Part shown: positions 1 to 8,503 of the stretch, one piece after another | Layout of the letters: the number at the start of each line of letters is the position of its first letter | Position numbering within the stretch: the first letter of the stretch is position 1 | DNA from: Amoeboradix gromovi X-113 | Taxonomy: Eukaryota > Fungi > Sanchytriomycota | Length of the DNA: 32,000 nucleotides | NCBI GenBank assembly: GCA_018985225.1 | Contig: JADGIF010000004.1 | Coordinates: 1-32,000 of the forward strand | Direction: 5' to 3' | Notes under the pieces: generated by a model | Database searches by the model: none | The model's input: only the letters and a program-made list of their open reading frames with translations | Told to the model about the DNA's origin: nothing | Translations under genes and position numbers: made by a program

Positions 1-60
1 AGTTCACAATTCCAGGGTGGCTCTTCAAAAGCTCTTCCATGACTTTTGTGCTACCCAAAC

Positions 61-298
61 TAGCTGCGTATGTCAAAGGCAGATATTGATGGACACCCAC
101 TCGATACACTTGAGTCGATATATTCGAGGAAGCTGATTGGTCAATAATCTGAGTCCAGATCCGGAGGCAGATTTTTCTGGCCCATTTTTGATCTATTTAG
201 GTGGACACGGACTTGACACCTTTTAGTGGCTGAACGTGAATTCCCGCTCAGCCTTTGGTTTGATTCATTCAGGTGGACACCCACTCGATACCTTTTAG
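61..298 (+). repeat. Tandem array of three non-coding variants of the KilA-N loop segment (quasi-palindrome + GH(P/G)LDT flank)
   Basis: 64-111 reads LRMSKADIDGHPLDTL, 137-226 reads LVNNLSPDPEADFSGPFLIYLGGHGLDTF*, and 227-298 reads WLNVNSRSAFGLIHSGGHPLDTF*. The gene (535-621) reads LVENLNSNSRSNFSGPFLIYLGGHGIDTF. GGACAC occurs at 91, 203 and 275; the gene has GGACAT at 601. Confidence 0.85.
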
Positions 299-327
299 GT
301 CAATACATTGGATTTAAATAAATGTAA

Positions 328-1182
328 ATGCAATTCAACATGAGCCAAGTATCTTTTACCACACACACCATTGAGACCAACAACAAGAAAATCGAAATCC
401 AATTTCGAGAATCTGATGGCTATGTCAATGCTACAAAGTTGTGCAAAGATTTCAAAAAGAGATGGTATAATTTCTATAGAAGTGCCGAAACAAAGAAGAT
501 CTTAGATTCCATCAGCGAATTTCGAGAAATTCAATTGGTTGAGAATCTGAACTCGAATTCGCGCTCAAACTTTTCTGGTCCTTTTTTGATCTATTTAGGT
601 GGACATGGTATTGATACATTTGCGCATCCAGACATTTCAGTCGAATTGGTTCGATGGCTTGACACAAGCTTTGCGTATTTCATGAACCAGCTCGTCCAAA
701 GATTTCTCAGTGGGAATTTGACCACAGAGGAGTCTCTGAAGGCGAGAGAGCAATTGAAATTCGTTGTCACGCCATGCGAGCAAGCGAGACACGACGCCAT
801 TGAAATGAACAAGCTAAAGACGTTGATGGTGAAGACGAGGGTCCAAGGTGCGACACATAAGGAATACGCACAGTTGAATGATTCAGCGAATCGTGGTGTC
901 TTGAAATTCAAGGGCACAACTGCTCAGTTTAAGAAGGAAAACGGACTTCAAAGACATCACTCTGTGCCAAGTGTCATGAACTATGTGGCGAGCAGTCGCT
1001 GTGCCCTGATCAACATGGCGCAATCTTGCGGACTTTCACAGGGACTCACTTTCAAGGAGGTCTTGAAAAAAGAGTCAGATTTTTCAACGGGTGCTGAGTA
1101 CCTTTTCAGCGGGAAAGCGGACACTCTCGACTACGTCGAGTACTGTGAGCGTAGACACACAAGAAGTGTTTCCATCGTGTGA
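328..1182 (+). CDS. KilA-N (APSES-like) DNA-binding domain protein, viral/mobile-element type; 3' end runs into Fanzor sequence
   Basis: KilA-N motifs RESDGYVNATKLCK...KRWYNF...T and GGHGIDTFAHPDISVELVRWL...FAYFMNQLV. The C-terminal YAQLND...TTAQFKKENGL...SVMN resembles phage antirepressor/DinD-like tails (inference). Visibly more GC-rich than the host genes. Confidence 0.85.
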   Translation: MQFNMSQVSFTTHTIETNNKKIEIQFRESDGYVNATKLCKDFKKRWYNFYRSAETKKILDSISEFREIQLVENLNSNSRSNFSGPFLIYLGGHGIDTFAHPDISVELVRWLDTSFAYFMNQLVQRFLSGNLTTEESLKAREQLKFVVTPCEQARHDAIEMNKLKTLMVKTRVQGATHKEYAQLNDSANRGVLKFKGTTAQFKKENGLQRHHSVPSVMNYVASSRCALINMAQSCGLSQGLTFKEVLKKESDFSTGAEYLFSGKADTLDYVEYCERRHTRSVSIV

Positions 1183-2129
1183 AAGACAGTCATGACTAGA
1201 CCTTTCATCATCAAATTGAAACAGATGGTGTGCGCTGCAGTATCATACTGATACGCAAAGATAAGACTGGAAAGATGGTGAAGCAACCTAAAGCTAAGAA
1301 GGGTAGCGGCGAGAAGTACATTGATGAACTCAACGATGACGAGCGCGAGGATCTTGTTGACAGAAAACTAGTAGGCATTGATCCCAACATGGGAGATCTG
1401 TTGTACTGTGTTGACAGCGATCAACGTGATCAAACAAAGTTCAGATACTCACAAGATATGCGCCGCAAAGAAACAAAGTTTAAGAAATATCGTGACCTGC
1501 TGCAGACTCAGAAACAAGAGCTGGTAGACGGTAGAACAGTGGTGGATTGGGAGACTGATATGAGCGCCTATAACAAAAAGACTCTTGATTTTGAGGCATT
1601 CAAAGTATACATCAAGAACAAGAATGCGTTGAACCTGAAGCTAGCACCTCTCTACAATAGGTACCTGTTCAGAAAGCTGAAGCTGGGAAGCTATAGTAGA
1701 AGACAAATCACTGAAGCAAGAATGTTGCGTCGCTTCGAGATGCTATTTGGTACACCAGACAAAGTAGTGATTGGAATTGGCGACTGGGAGCAGACGCAGC
1801 ACAGAAGATTCAAGGAGCCAGTCAAGGGCAAAGGTTTCAGTCGGTTATTTCGTAGAGCAGGCTACCTAGTATATTTGGTGGATGAATTCAGGACTAGCTG
1901 TAGATGTAGCGCATGTAGTGAGCATGGTGTCTGCTCTACATTCAGATAGTGTGACAATCCCAAACCATATAGAGAGGGGCGCATCCTGCGCCATGGTCTA
2001 GTCAAGTGTAAGACTTGTTCAAGGCTGTGGAACAGAGATACAAATGCCTCGAGTAATATTTGGAAGGCAGCCAGAAATGCTATTCTAGGCCTAGATAGAC
2101 CGGCATACCTCCAAAGGCAAGCTCAGTAA
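1155..2129 (+). pseudogene. Fanzor1 (eukaryotic TnpB-like RuvC nuclease), 5'-truncated, two in-frame TAG stops
   Basis: One frame: THKKCFH...HD*TFHHQIETDGVRCSI...LVGIDPNMGDL (RuvC-I D)...YLVDEFRTSCRCSAC (RuvC-II E, Zn finger)...TFR*CDNP...CKTC..WNRDTNASSNI (RuvC-III D)...RPAYLQR. Stops at 1197 and 1947, terminal TAA at 2127-2129. Confidence 0.9.
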
Positions 2130-2283
2130 TAATTCAGTAGTATTACGTCGATACTACAAACCCACGATTTACAGAGGATGAAAAGCCTCAACTGTTGAAG
2201 TAATTTAGAATGTCGGGACCAAAATGGACCCGGGAATTTATTCCTCAAAAATTTATTTTTGAAATTCTAAATCTTCAATGGTG
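2130..2283 (+). ncRNA. Putative Fanzor omegaRNA scaffold / element right end
   Basis: Directly after the Fanzor stop. Hairpins GTAGTAT/ATACTAC (2137-2157) and GAGG/CCTC (2174-2189). A long stem CTGTTGAAG..ATTTAGAAT / ATTCTAAAT.CTTCAATGG encloses three small hairpins. Ends CTTCAATGGTG followed by TA. Confidence 0.7.
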
Positions 2284-2352
2284 TAAAGAACTAAGCAATG
2301 ACAATAAATATGCTAGAAATAAAAAAGTAACATTTGATTCTGTTTATTTACT

Positions 2353-3036
2353 TCAGTAGTCGACATGATGTTTGATACGGTCTACTAGTGCACGATGTCC
2401 AACAAGTATAGTAACAATACCGACAAAGAAATGCTGAAAAAGAGCAGGGAATAAGGAGCCATGGTACCAAAAATTGAAGTTTATGGCTAGATGAAACACT
2501 ATAAATAATAAGAACACTAAACCAGAAGTATAAACTTTAAAGTTGACTTTGGACATTTGGAACAACAGATAAAGCCAAGGTAAAGCAATTATCACAACAG
2601 AAGTCAAGATGGCGACATACCAGCTACCACTATTCTCCACATCACCAAACACGTGGTGAATATCTTTTAGCTTACAGAAAGGGTCCTCCTCAATATCGCT
2701 GAACTCATTCTTAATATGAACAGGAACATTCTCTAAATCCGCATACTCAACTTTGTCTCCAAATGCAATAAGCTTTAAAGAGGAAGGGAAATGAACATGA
2801 GTGTTTAACGGAAGACTAATTTCGCATACAAATTCACCGTTTTTGCGAGTTGCTTTATAAGAATGCAATTGTGGTCCTTTAATATGACAAGCTTTTAAGT
2901 TCTCAGAGCTGACTAGCAACATATTGGTCTGCTCATGGATCTTGATCACTTTTTGAAAGTCTTTGTTTAGCACCTCTAACCCGTCAGTTTGAATAACCTT
3001 TATAAGTGCAAAAAGAGCAACAAGAAAAACAATCAT
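2353..3036 (-). CDS. SWP1: Oligosaccharyltransferase subunit ribophorin II / Swp1-like, short
   Basis: Signal peptide, LKDIHHVF motif (cf. LPEIHHIF), three TM helices with FH...FW...LF, and terminal TILVGHRAL typical of RPN2/Swp1. Confidence 0.65.
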   Translation of the reverse strand: MIVFLVALFALIKVIQTDGLEVLNKDFQKVIKIHEQTNMLLVSSENLKACHIKGPQLHSYKATRKNGEFVCEISLPLNTHVHFPSSLKLIAFGDKVEYADLENVPVHIKNEFSDIEEDPFCKLKDIHHVFGDVENSGSWYVAILTSVVIIALPWLYLLFQMSKVNFKVYTSGLVFLLFIVFHLAINFNFWYHGSLFPALFQHFFVGIVTILVGHRALVDRIKHHVDY

Positions 3037-3795
3037 TGAAACTGCGGAGAAGAATGAAAGAAAAAGTCATTTACGACATACTATGAAAGGTAGACTAGAA
3101 GGGTTAAAATGATTACAAAAAGAGGCATTTTTTAATAGGTTATTAATACCCAACAAGTAACGAAATATAAAATAATTTTTAGTAGACCGTTATAGTAACA
3201 ATAATCGAAAGTAGCAAGCTCAATAAGGACTAAGCTGATGTACAGAACCATGAATCAAGAGAAAATAAAATATATTAAGGAGAAGAAACACAAGCCAAAA
3301 ACCTGGAGTAAGCCAAGTTACACATTGAAGTAAAGATGCAAATTCAACGAGCAATGAAGAAGAGCCAGAAAGATAAGGCAAGTAAATTTGTTACAAACTC
3401 GACAAAGAAAAGAAGCAGGAATGTAGAGACTCGAAGAAACTTGGAACTTTCCCCAGTCGTAAATGGTCATTTTCTGTTTGCATCAGTCTGGTTTCTCCAT
3501 ATTTGATTTTATTGAAGTTGTTTTTCCTCAAAATAGCAAACAAAAAGTTAAAAAACTGAATTGGTACTGCTGCATAAATGGCCCCTAAAATTTTTTCCAC
3601 TGGGACATCAAATATAAAAACTGGACTAACTTTCAGTAACAACTTGGAACATTATTTCAGCTTTATTAATTTTATGGATTTAAGAGGCGAGTGGACATTC
3701 AGCTAGTTGCAGAGTTGACGAGTATAAAAGGAAAATAAATATTCTGTACAGCTATTCTCTTACTCTTTCATCCAATCTTTATTTCAAATAAACCT

Positions 3796-3873
3796 CTGAT
3801 TCATAATACTAATTCATAGTACTAATTCATAATACTAATTCATAGTACTAATTCATAATACTGATTCATAATA
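3796..3873. repeat. 13-bp minisatellite x6 (CTRATTCATARTA)
   Basis: ctgattcataata/ctaattcatagta/ctaattcataata/ctaattcatagta/ctaattcataata/ctgattcataata. Confidence 0.95.
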
Positions 3874-4226
3874 GGGTATATTTCCATTTAAGAACTATCC
3901 AGAAAGAACTGGCAAGACAAGAGTCAGGGAGACTGTCCATAGATTACAGTTCAAAGAAATGTAGTGTCTGTGAGAATGAAATAGACAAGAGTAATGATGT
4001 TAGTATAACATTACAAAATGACTCTAGAAAAGAGTACCGTCTAAGAAAATGCGCCTTTTGCTTAGATGCCCAAAGACCTCATATATTTGAAGGAGATGCA
4101 GGGTCTTCTACTTTTATTTTAAAAAGAGGAATACAATCAATGAAAGAAAATTGGTATAATAGAAGAAGATCCTTTATTAATGATAGCATTATACCCTCTG
4201 TATGGGGTTCCTTGGAAGCTAGTTAG
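3873..4226 (+). pseudogene. C-terminal fragment of a second Fanzor/TnpB family (Zn finger + RuvC-III)
   Basis: Open frame without a start: RTIQKELARQ...IDYSSKKCSVC...EYRLRKCAFC...IFEGDAGSSTFILKRG. The 29.9-kb copy has FERDVGSS, equivalent to the RD-N-A motif. The frame ends inside the right TIR. Confidence 0.75.
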
Positions 4227-4344
4227 TCTAGTTTTTTAGTGTGTGTCCCAAGCTACCACTTCGCAGTTACGCTGAGGTGATAGTTAAACAAATAAATTAT
4301 CCTATGAGGAAATACTCAACAGGAAACTAAAATTTGCTGTTCGC

Positions 4345-4497
4345 TTAGACTTTCTTCCAAAAACCTAAAAAGTTTCTAAGTTGGTTTTTTAGAGTACCAC
4401 ACCTTGTACATGCCTGACTAGAAAATGATTCGTTACATTCGATTACAGTTTTTCCTCTTTGTTTGCACTTGAATTTCAAGCGTTCCTTGAATATATT
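4345..4497 (-). pseudogene. Fanzor2/TnpB fragment (RuvC-II + first Zn pair)
   Basis: FKERLKFKCKQRGKTVIECNESFSSQACTRCGTLKN, then RNFL. The second CxxC and the DRD motif are missing. Confidence 0.78.
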
Positions 4498-4504
4498 GTA
4501 CAGG

Positions 4505-4648
4505 TTATCTCTTTTCTGGCGTCGAAAGACAACTAATTGTTCCATTTTTGGACCAGTTCCTCAGTGTTGATGAATATATGCTGTACCTGTTAGTTATTTC
4601 TTTAGATTTGACATATTCAGGATTACATTCATTGGTTCCATTAACCAT
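4505..4648 (-). pseudogene. IS607 TnpA serine recombinase N-terminal MerR-type HTH fragment
   Basis: MVNGTNECNPEYVKSKEITNRYSIYSSTLRNWSKNGTISCLSTPEKR* fits the TLRxWxxxGxI...TP pattern. Not in the supplied ORF track. Confidence 0.7.
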
Positions 4649-4789
4649 ATGCGAAAATGAGCAACATCAAGTATTTAAACAATTGGAAAAATCTGTAAAA
4701 ATCATGCAATTGTATAAAAATACATACAAATTCTCTATAAATGATTTATTTTACAAAACCCGAAAGCTGCTTAGAGAATAAAAAGATAT

Positions 4790-5227
4790 GAGACACCAAA
4801 TATAAAAACTAGACCAAGCCGTTTTTAAAGGAGGTGCTCCATAAAGAGGAATACTATTATTAATAAAAGTCCTACTTCTTTCAAACCAATTCTCTTTCAT
4901 TAATGTCATTCCTCTCTTTAAAATAAAACAAGATGACCCATCTTCTCTTTCAAATAAGGTCTCCGAGTCTCTAAGCAAAAGGTGCATTTTCTTAGACGAT
5001 ACTCTTAATCTGTTTCTTTTTCTTCTTACCGCCTTTCGTACAACTTGTTTTTGTTTTCTCTTCTTATTAATCATTGTTTCTAAGATTTTAATGGATGAAA
5101 TGCTTTTATACTAAAATAATTTACTTGAACAGATTAATTTAATTCAATTTACTACTGGTTAATACACACTTGAAATAATGATTCAACTGTTTCTGAAAGT
5201 TAGTCTAGTCTTTATATTTGATGTCCC
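4790..5227 (-). mobile_element. TIR family B copy 2 (inverted, diverged subfamily)
   Basis: Ends GAGACACCAAATATAAAAACTAGACC (4790) and TAGTCTAGTCTTTATATTTGATGTCCC (5227). TATA-like TATAAAAG near 5105-5112 on the minus strand. ORF 5074->4751 joins a basic N-terminus to the FERED..SSCFILKRG tail. Confidence 0.85.
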
Positions 5228-5236
5228 GTTTGTTTT

Positions 5237-6088
5237 ATGAGAATTGACTTTCTTCGATACGGTTTTCTTCTATTTTTGGCTACCGCAATCGTGGTAGGGA
5301 TTTTCATATTTCCAACTCATCTTCCAGCATTGTTAACTTGGGTTAGAAGCCAGCAGTTACTAGGTAGTATTTTATTTATTTTTATAGAAGCGGTCTGTAT
5401 TTGGTGCGTGTCTCCTGTAAGCATTTTCATAATTGCCGCCGGCTTTATGTATGGTTTATGGTTTGGTAGTTTGATTGCCTACATTGGATATGTTTTTGGA
5501 ATGTTTGGATCATTTTTTCTTGGTAAAACATTGCTGCGCAACTCCATTCAAAGCTGGCTGTATCAGAGGTACCCTAGTTACCAGACGATTGATAGAGCTA
5601 TTGGTGAGCAGGGCTTTAAAATATTGTTACTTTTTAGGCTCAGTCCAGTTTTGCCTTGTAATGTTTTCAACTATATTTGCTCATTAACATCTATTTCCTT
5701 TCCGTCATATGCTCTTGCTTCTTTGTTCGGTGTTATCCCTACTGTATTAATCTTTGCTAACATCGGTGCAATGATTGGAAGTCTTACTGGAAATGGGTTT
5801 GAGAATGTAGTTATTCCCAAAAAATCCAAAGATATGATGATATTGCTCTCATGCGTGTTTACAACTTTAAGCGTAGTCCTCATCGGTATCATCTCTAGAA
5901 AGGCATTACGTCAGCAATTGTTGCCTATAGTGGATGAAGTAGTGGATATGACTAAGGATTCACTGAATATTGAGGTAGTGGTCAGGGCCAGTGGTTACTT
6001 TTATGCTGAGAAGATGATCATGTTGGTGGCTGTTTGTGCATCGTCTTTGACTTTGATTATTGGGTGCGTACTTATTGCGAACGAATAG
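5237..6088 (+). CDS. TVP38: TVP38/TMEM64 family (VTT/DedA domain) membrane protein
   Basis: AAGFMYGLWFG...G...SFFLGK and GFKILLLFRLSPVLPCNVFNY...S.SFPSYALASLFGVIP motifs; multiple TM segments. Confidence 0.85.
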   Translation: MRIDFLRYGFLLFLATAIVVGIFIFPTHLPALLTWVRSQQLLGSILFIFIEAVCIWCVSPVSIFIIAAGFMYGLWFGSLIAYIGYVFGMFGSFFLGKTLLRNSIQSWLYQRYPSYQTIDRAIGEQGFKILLLFRLSPVLPCNVFNYICSLTSISFPSYALASLFGVIPTVLIFANIGAMIGSLTGNGFENVVIPKKSKDMMILLSCVFTTLSVVLIGIISRKALRQQLLPIVDEVVDMTKDSLNIEVVVRASGYFYAEKMIMLVAVCASSLTLIIGCVLIANE

Positions 6089-6121
6089 CACTTAATAAAT
6101 TTATGTTTATAGTAGTTATGC

Positions 6122-8503
6122 CTAAAAGTCAATCAATTTATTACTACTCTTTGCTACTTTTTCCACACACACAATTTCGACGGCTTCAAATTCTATTTTT
6201 AGAGTGATCAGTGGTATACTGTATTTGCCAGTTTCTTCAACCATTGCCATGTATTTATAACATTTTAATTTTTTTTCTTTAATCTCGTCTTGAAAGTTTC
6301 GACAACCACTAGCAAGCACAATTTGCGAGTCATTGAAACTGAAGTCTATCACTCCGCTAGACATGCTCATCATATTGAATAACCAGTACTTTATTTCAAA
6401 TATTACTCCCGGATGTATTACACCAGGGCACTCTATAAATGAATATATCTGATTGTTTATCAAAACTGGTATATCCACGTGCAGCCAACTTGTAGTGTTC
6501 ATGCAGCTCTTGTAGTAGACTTTTATTACAGATGGTATCTCATCATACAAGCATGGAATTATGCTACTTTGTTTGCTATATATCAAACTGTTTTCAATTA
6601 GTTGTGCCTCAGTCTTGACATCAATATCATGCATCGATTTATTAAGAATGTTTAACAAAAAGAGCCCGTTTCCGTTGAATTGAAAATCCACTTTTATCTG
6701 CAGAGCATCAACCGATGTAAACGTGTGACGTAACAAATTTGCTTCGTAATCAGTCCCATGCACAATTTCAATAAAATGTGATTTGGACGATACCGGAATA
6801 AATGAAATTATTATTTTGTCGTCTGACAATGTAGCCGAAACATCTACAAGGTCCTTGTCATGTAGCACATTCAATATATTGGAATCCTTCTTAACTGCAT
6901 CAGTAGTATATTCAAAGAGCTCATTTGTTGGAATATCATGGAAATGCAATTTCACCGGACTTGGGACTGTTGGTCTATTAATTACTAGAGTAGCAGGAGT
7001 GCAATCAAAAAATATTTCAGTGTTTCCAAATTTGCATACCACGCAATCGACTTTGAATGAGCCTGTTGTTTCTAAAGTGCCATTGAAAATTAATGTTTGT
7101 TTGCAAGGTCCTTGTAAATGCACATTTTTGACTGATATCACTTGGTTATTAATACTAATGCTTATAGAGTCGAAATCAATCACAATAAGGCTTTGGAACA
7201 CCACTAAGACAGCAACGTTTATTAAACCTGCGGTAAAATGCTGGTTGTCTTTGATATAAAATTTTGTTTTGTTTAGCTTCACTTTCTTAACTCTCGTAAT
7301 TACATTCAAATCATTCTTTCTTATGTATTTTGTAAAATAAACATTAAAATCATCATGATGAAGTAGCTCACTGTAGAGCAAGGTCAGTTTAATAAGAGTA
7401 TGGATGGGGTTTGTCGTATATGATTGATATTCTTGTTCATTTATGATCGGTACTTGAGCTTTTGTAGTTGTGCCAGATGATAAAATAATCTGAAATAATC
7501 GAGTTTGCATTGCCGGGAAATCTACTAGAGTGAGTAGTTGAACAGCTATGCAACTAGCTTCTGATTGCTTGTTCAAGTAGTCGTAAGCGCATGCCATTTT
7601 AAACAACAAAAAAACGGGTGTATTTAAAGCGTACGTGTCCAGACTAGTTGATGTTGAATTTAATGGATTAGAATCTTCCGTCTTGTACGAAAAATACTCT
7701 TGTACGTATTCGATACTTTTCAAGTACAATTTTGATTGATATGCTAGCACAACCGCCAATGTTATCAGTTTATGCTTATGTAAAGAGACAGACGTACTCC
7801 AAGTGAATAATAAACATAATTTATTATACCACGGGAACTGTCTCTTCTTGATTGCTAAATCTTCTAGTTTGAACTTTGATTTGTAGAGCTGAAATATAAA
7901 TAAATGTTTATCTGAAATGTTATCAAAGGTATAGTTGATTACATTAGATACTAGTTCATTGCCATTCTCAGTGTGTTTTAGCACATCATATAAACATGCT
8001 ATGAGAGACAAAGCATAATCAAAGTAGTGGCAAAGTAACAAGGACATGGAAATGCGAATCATTAGAATAGGACAATTACCTAGCCTAGCTAGATGTACAA
8101 GATGCATTGCAAAAGAAGTGTAATCAGGGGCATAGTCTGACTTATCAACCTTGTCAGCATCAAAGTTTAAAAACACTGGAAACCCGAAAGATTCATACCG
8201 CTGATTCATCGTGGACAAGATCCTTTGAAGTTTTAAACGACACATAATAATGATAGCCTTGTCTATGTCTTGGATAGCGGATTGAATCTGGATTACAGGA
8301 TCCAAGGGCAGTAGTTCCAAACAGACTCTATTTTCATTCCAATTTAACACATTTTGATAAATGTGAACAAGACTGACTGAAGACTGGGTAACTACTATAG
8401 AGTCCTTTTCGTTAACTGAAGTGCCTGCTTTGATAACTTGAAAGAGACATTGATCAAAAGAAGTTTTGGGATAGTTTGGTAGAGGGTATTCACTGTAAAT
8501 CAT
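6122..8503 (-). CDS. Large helical + beta-sandwich protein, possibly TRAPPC11/TRAPPC10-like
   Basis: 793-aa intact ORF. The C-terminus (VLASGCRNF...YKYMAMVEETGKYSIPLITL) resembles the Gryzun/Trs130-type C-terminal domain. The ORF is secure; the name is tentative. Confidence 0.45.
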   Translation of the reverse strand: MIYSEYPLPNYPKTSFDQCLFQVIKAGTSVNEKDSIVVTQSSVSLVHIYQNVLNWNENRVCLELLPLDPVIQIQSAIQDIDKAIIIMCRLKLQRILSTMNQRYESFGFPVFLNFDADKVDKSDYAPDYTSFAMHLVHLARLGNCPILMIRISMSLLLCHYFDYALSLIACLYDVLKHTENGNELVSNVINYTFDNISDKHLFIFQLYKSKFKLEDLAIKKRQFPWYNKLCLLFTWSTSVSLHKHKLITLAVVLAYQSKLYLKSIEYVQEYFSYKTEDSNPLNSTSTSLDTYALNTPVFLLFKMACAYDYLNKQSEASCIAVQLLTLVDFPAMQTRLFQIILSSGTTTKAQVPIINEQEYQSYTTNPIHTLIKLTLLYSELLHHDDFNVYFTKYIRKNDLNVITRVKKVKLNKTKFYIKDNQHFTAGLINVAVLVVFQSLIVIDFDSISISINNQVISVKNVHLQGPCKQTLIFNGTLETTGSFKVDCVVCKFGNTEIFFDCTPATLVINRPTVPSPVKLHFHDIPTNELFEYTTDAVKKDSNILNVLHDKDLVDVSATLSDDKIIISFIPVSSKSHFIEIVHGTDYEANLLRHTFTSVDALQIKVDFQFNGNGLFLLNILNKSMHDIDVKTEAQLIENSLIYSKQSSIIPCLYDEIPSVIKVYYKSCMNTTSWLHVDIPVLINNQIYSFIECPGVIHPGVIFEIKYWLFNMMSMSSGVIDFSFNDSQIVLASGCRNFQDEIKEKKLKCYKYMAMVEETGKYSIPLITLKIEFEAVEIVCVEKVAKSSNKLIDF

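Larger units (their letters stand above)
3602..4249 (+). mobile_element. TIR family B copy 1: non-autonomous Fanzor-derived element
   Basis: Left TIR GGGACATCAAATATAAAAACTGGACTAAC; right TIR GTTAGTCTAGTTTTTTAGTGTGTGTCCC. Near-identical blocks occur at 29703-30107 and (inverted) at 4790-5227. Confidence 0.88.
4250..4758 (-). mobile_element. IS607-like element C copy 1, internally deleted (recombinase HTH + Fanzor2 piece)
   Basis: Bounded by CCC at 4247-4249 and 4759-4761 (GGG on its own strand). Left ~260 bp is homologous to 13539-13797. Terminal hairpin at 4253-4283. Confidence 0.75.

Noticed and set aside
61-298. CRISPR array
   Set aside because: Repeats and 'spacers' are both homologous to the adjacent KilA-N coding segment, spacing is irregular, there are no cas genes, and the context is eukaryotic.
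1197-1949. In-frame TAGs in Fanzor as stop-codon reassignment
   Set aside because: The two positions most likely correspond to different residues (Tyr and Glu/Lys), and host genes end in TAA, TAG and TGA. Nonsense mutation is simpler.
3186-3506. Charged + strand frame broken only by three TAA codons, or a spliced gene using GTAAGC at 3308
   Set aside because: No recognisable homology, no clear start or branch point. It could be a decayed gene but cannot be supported.
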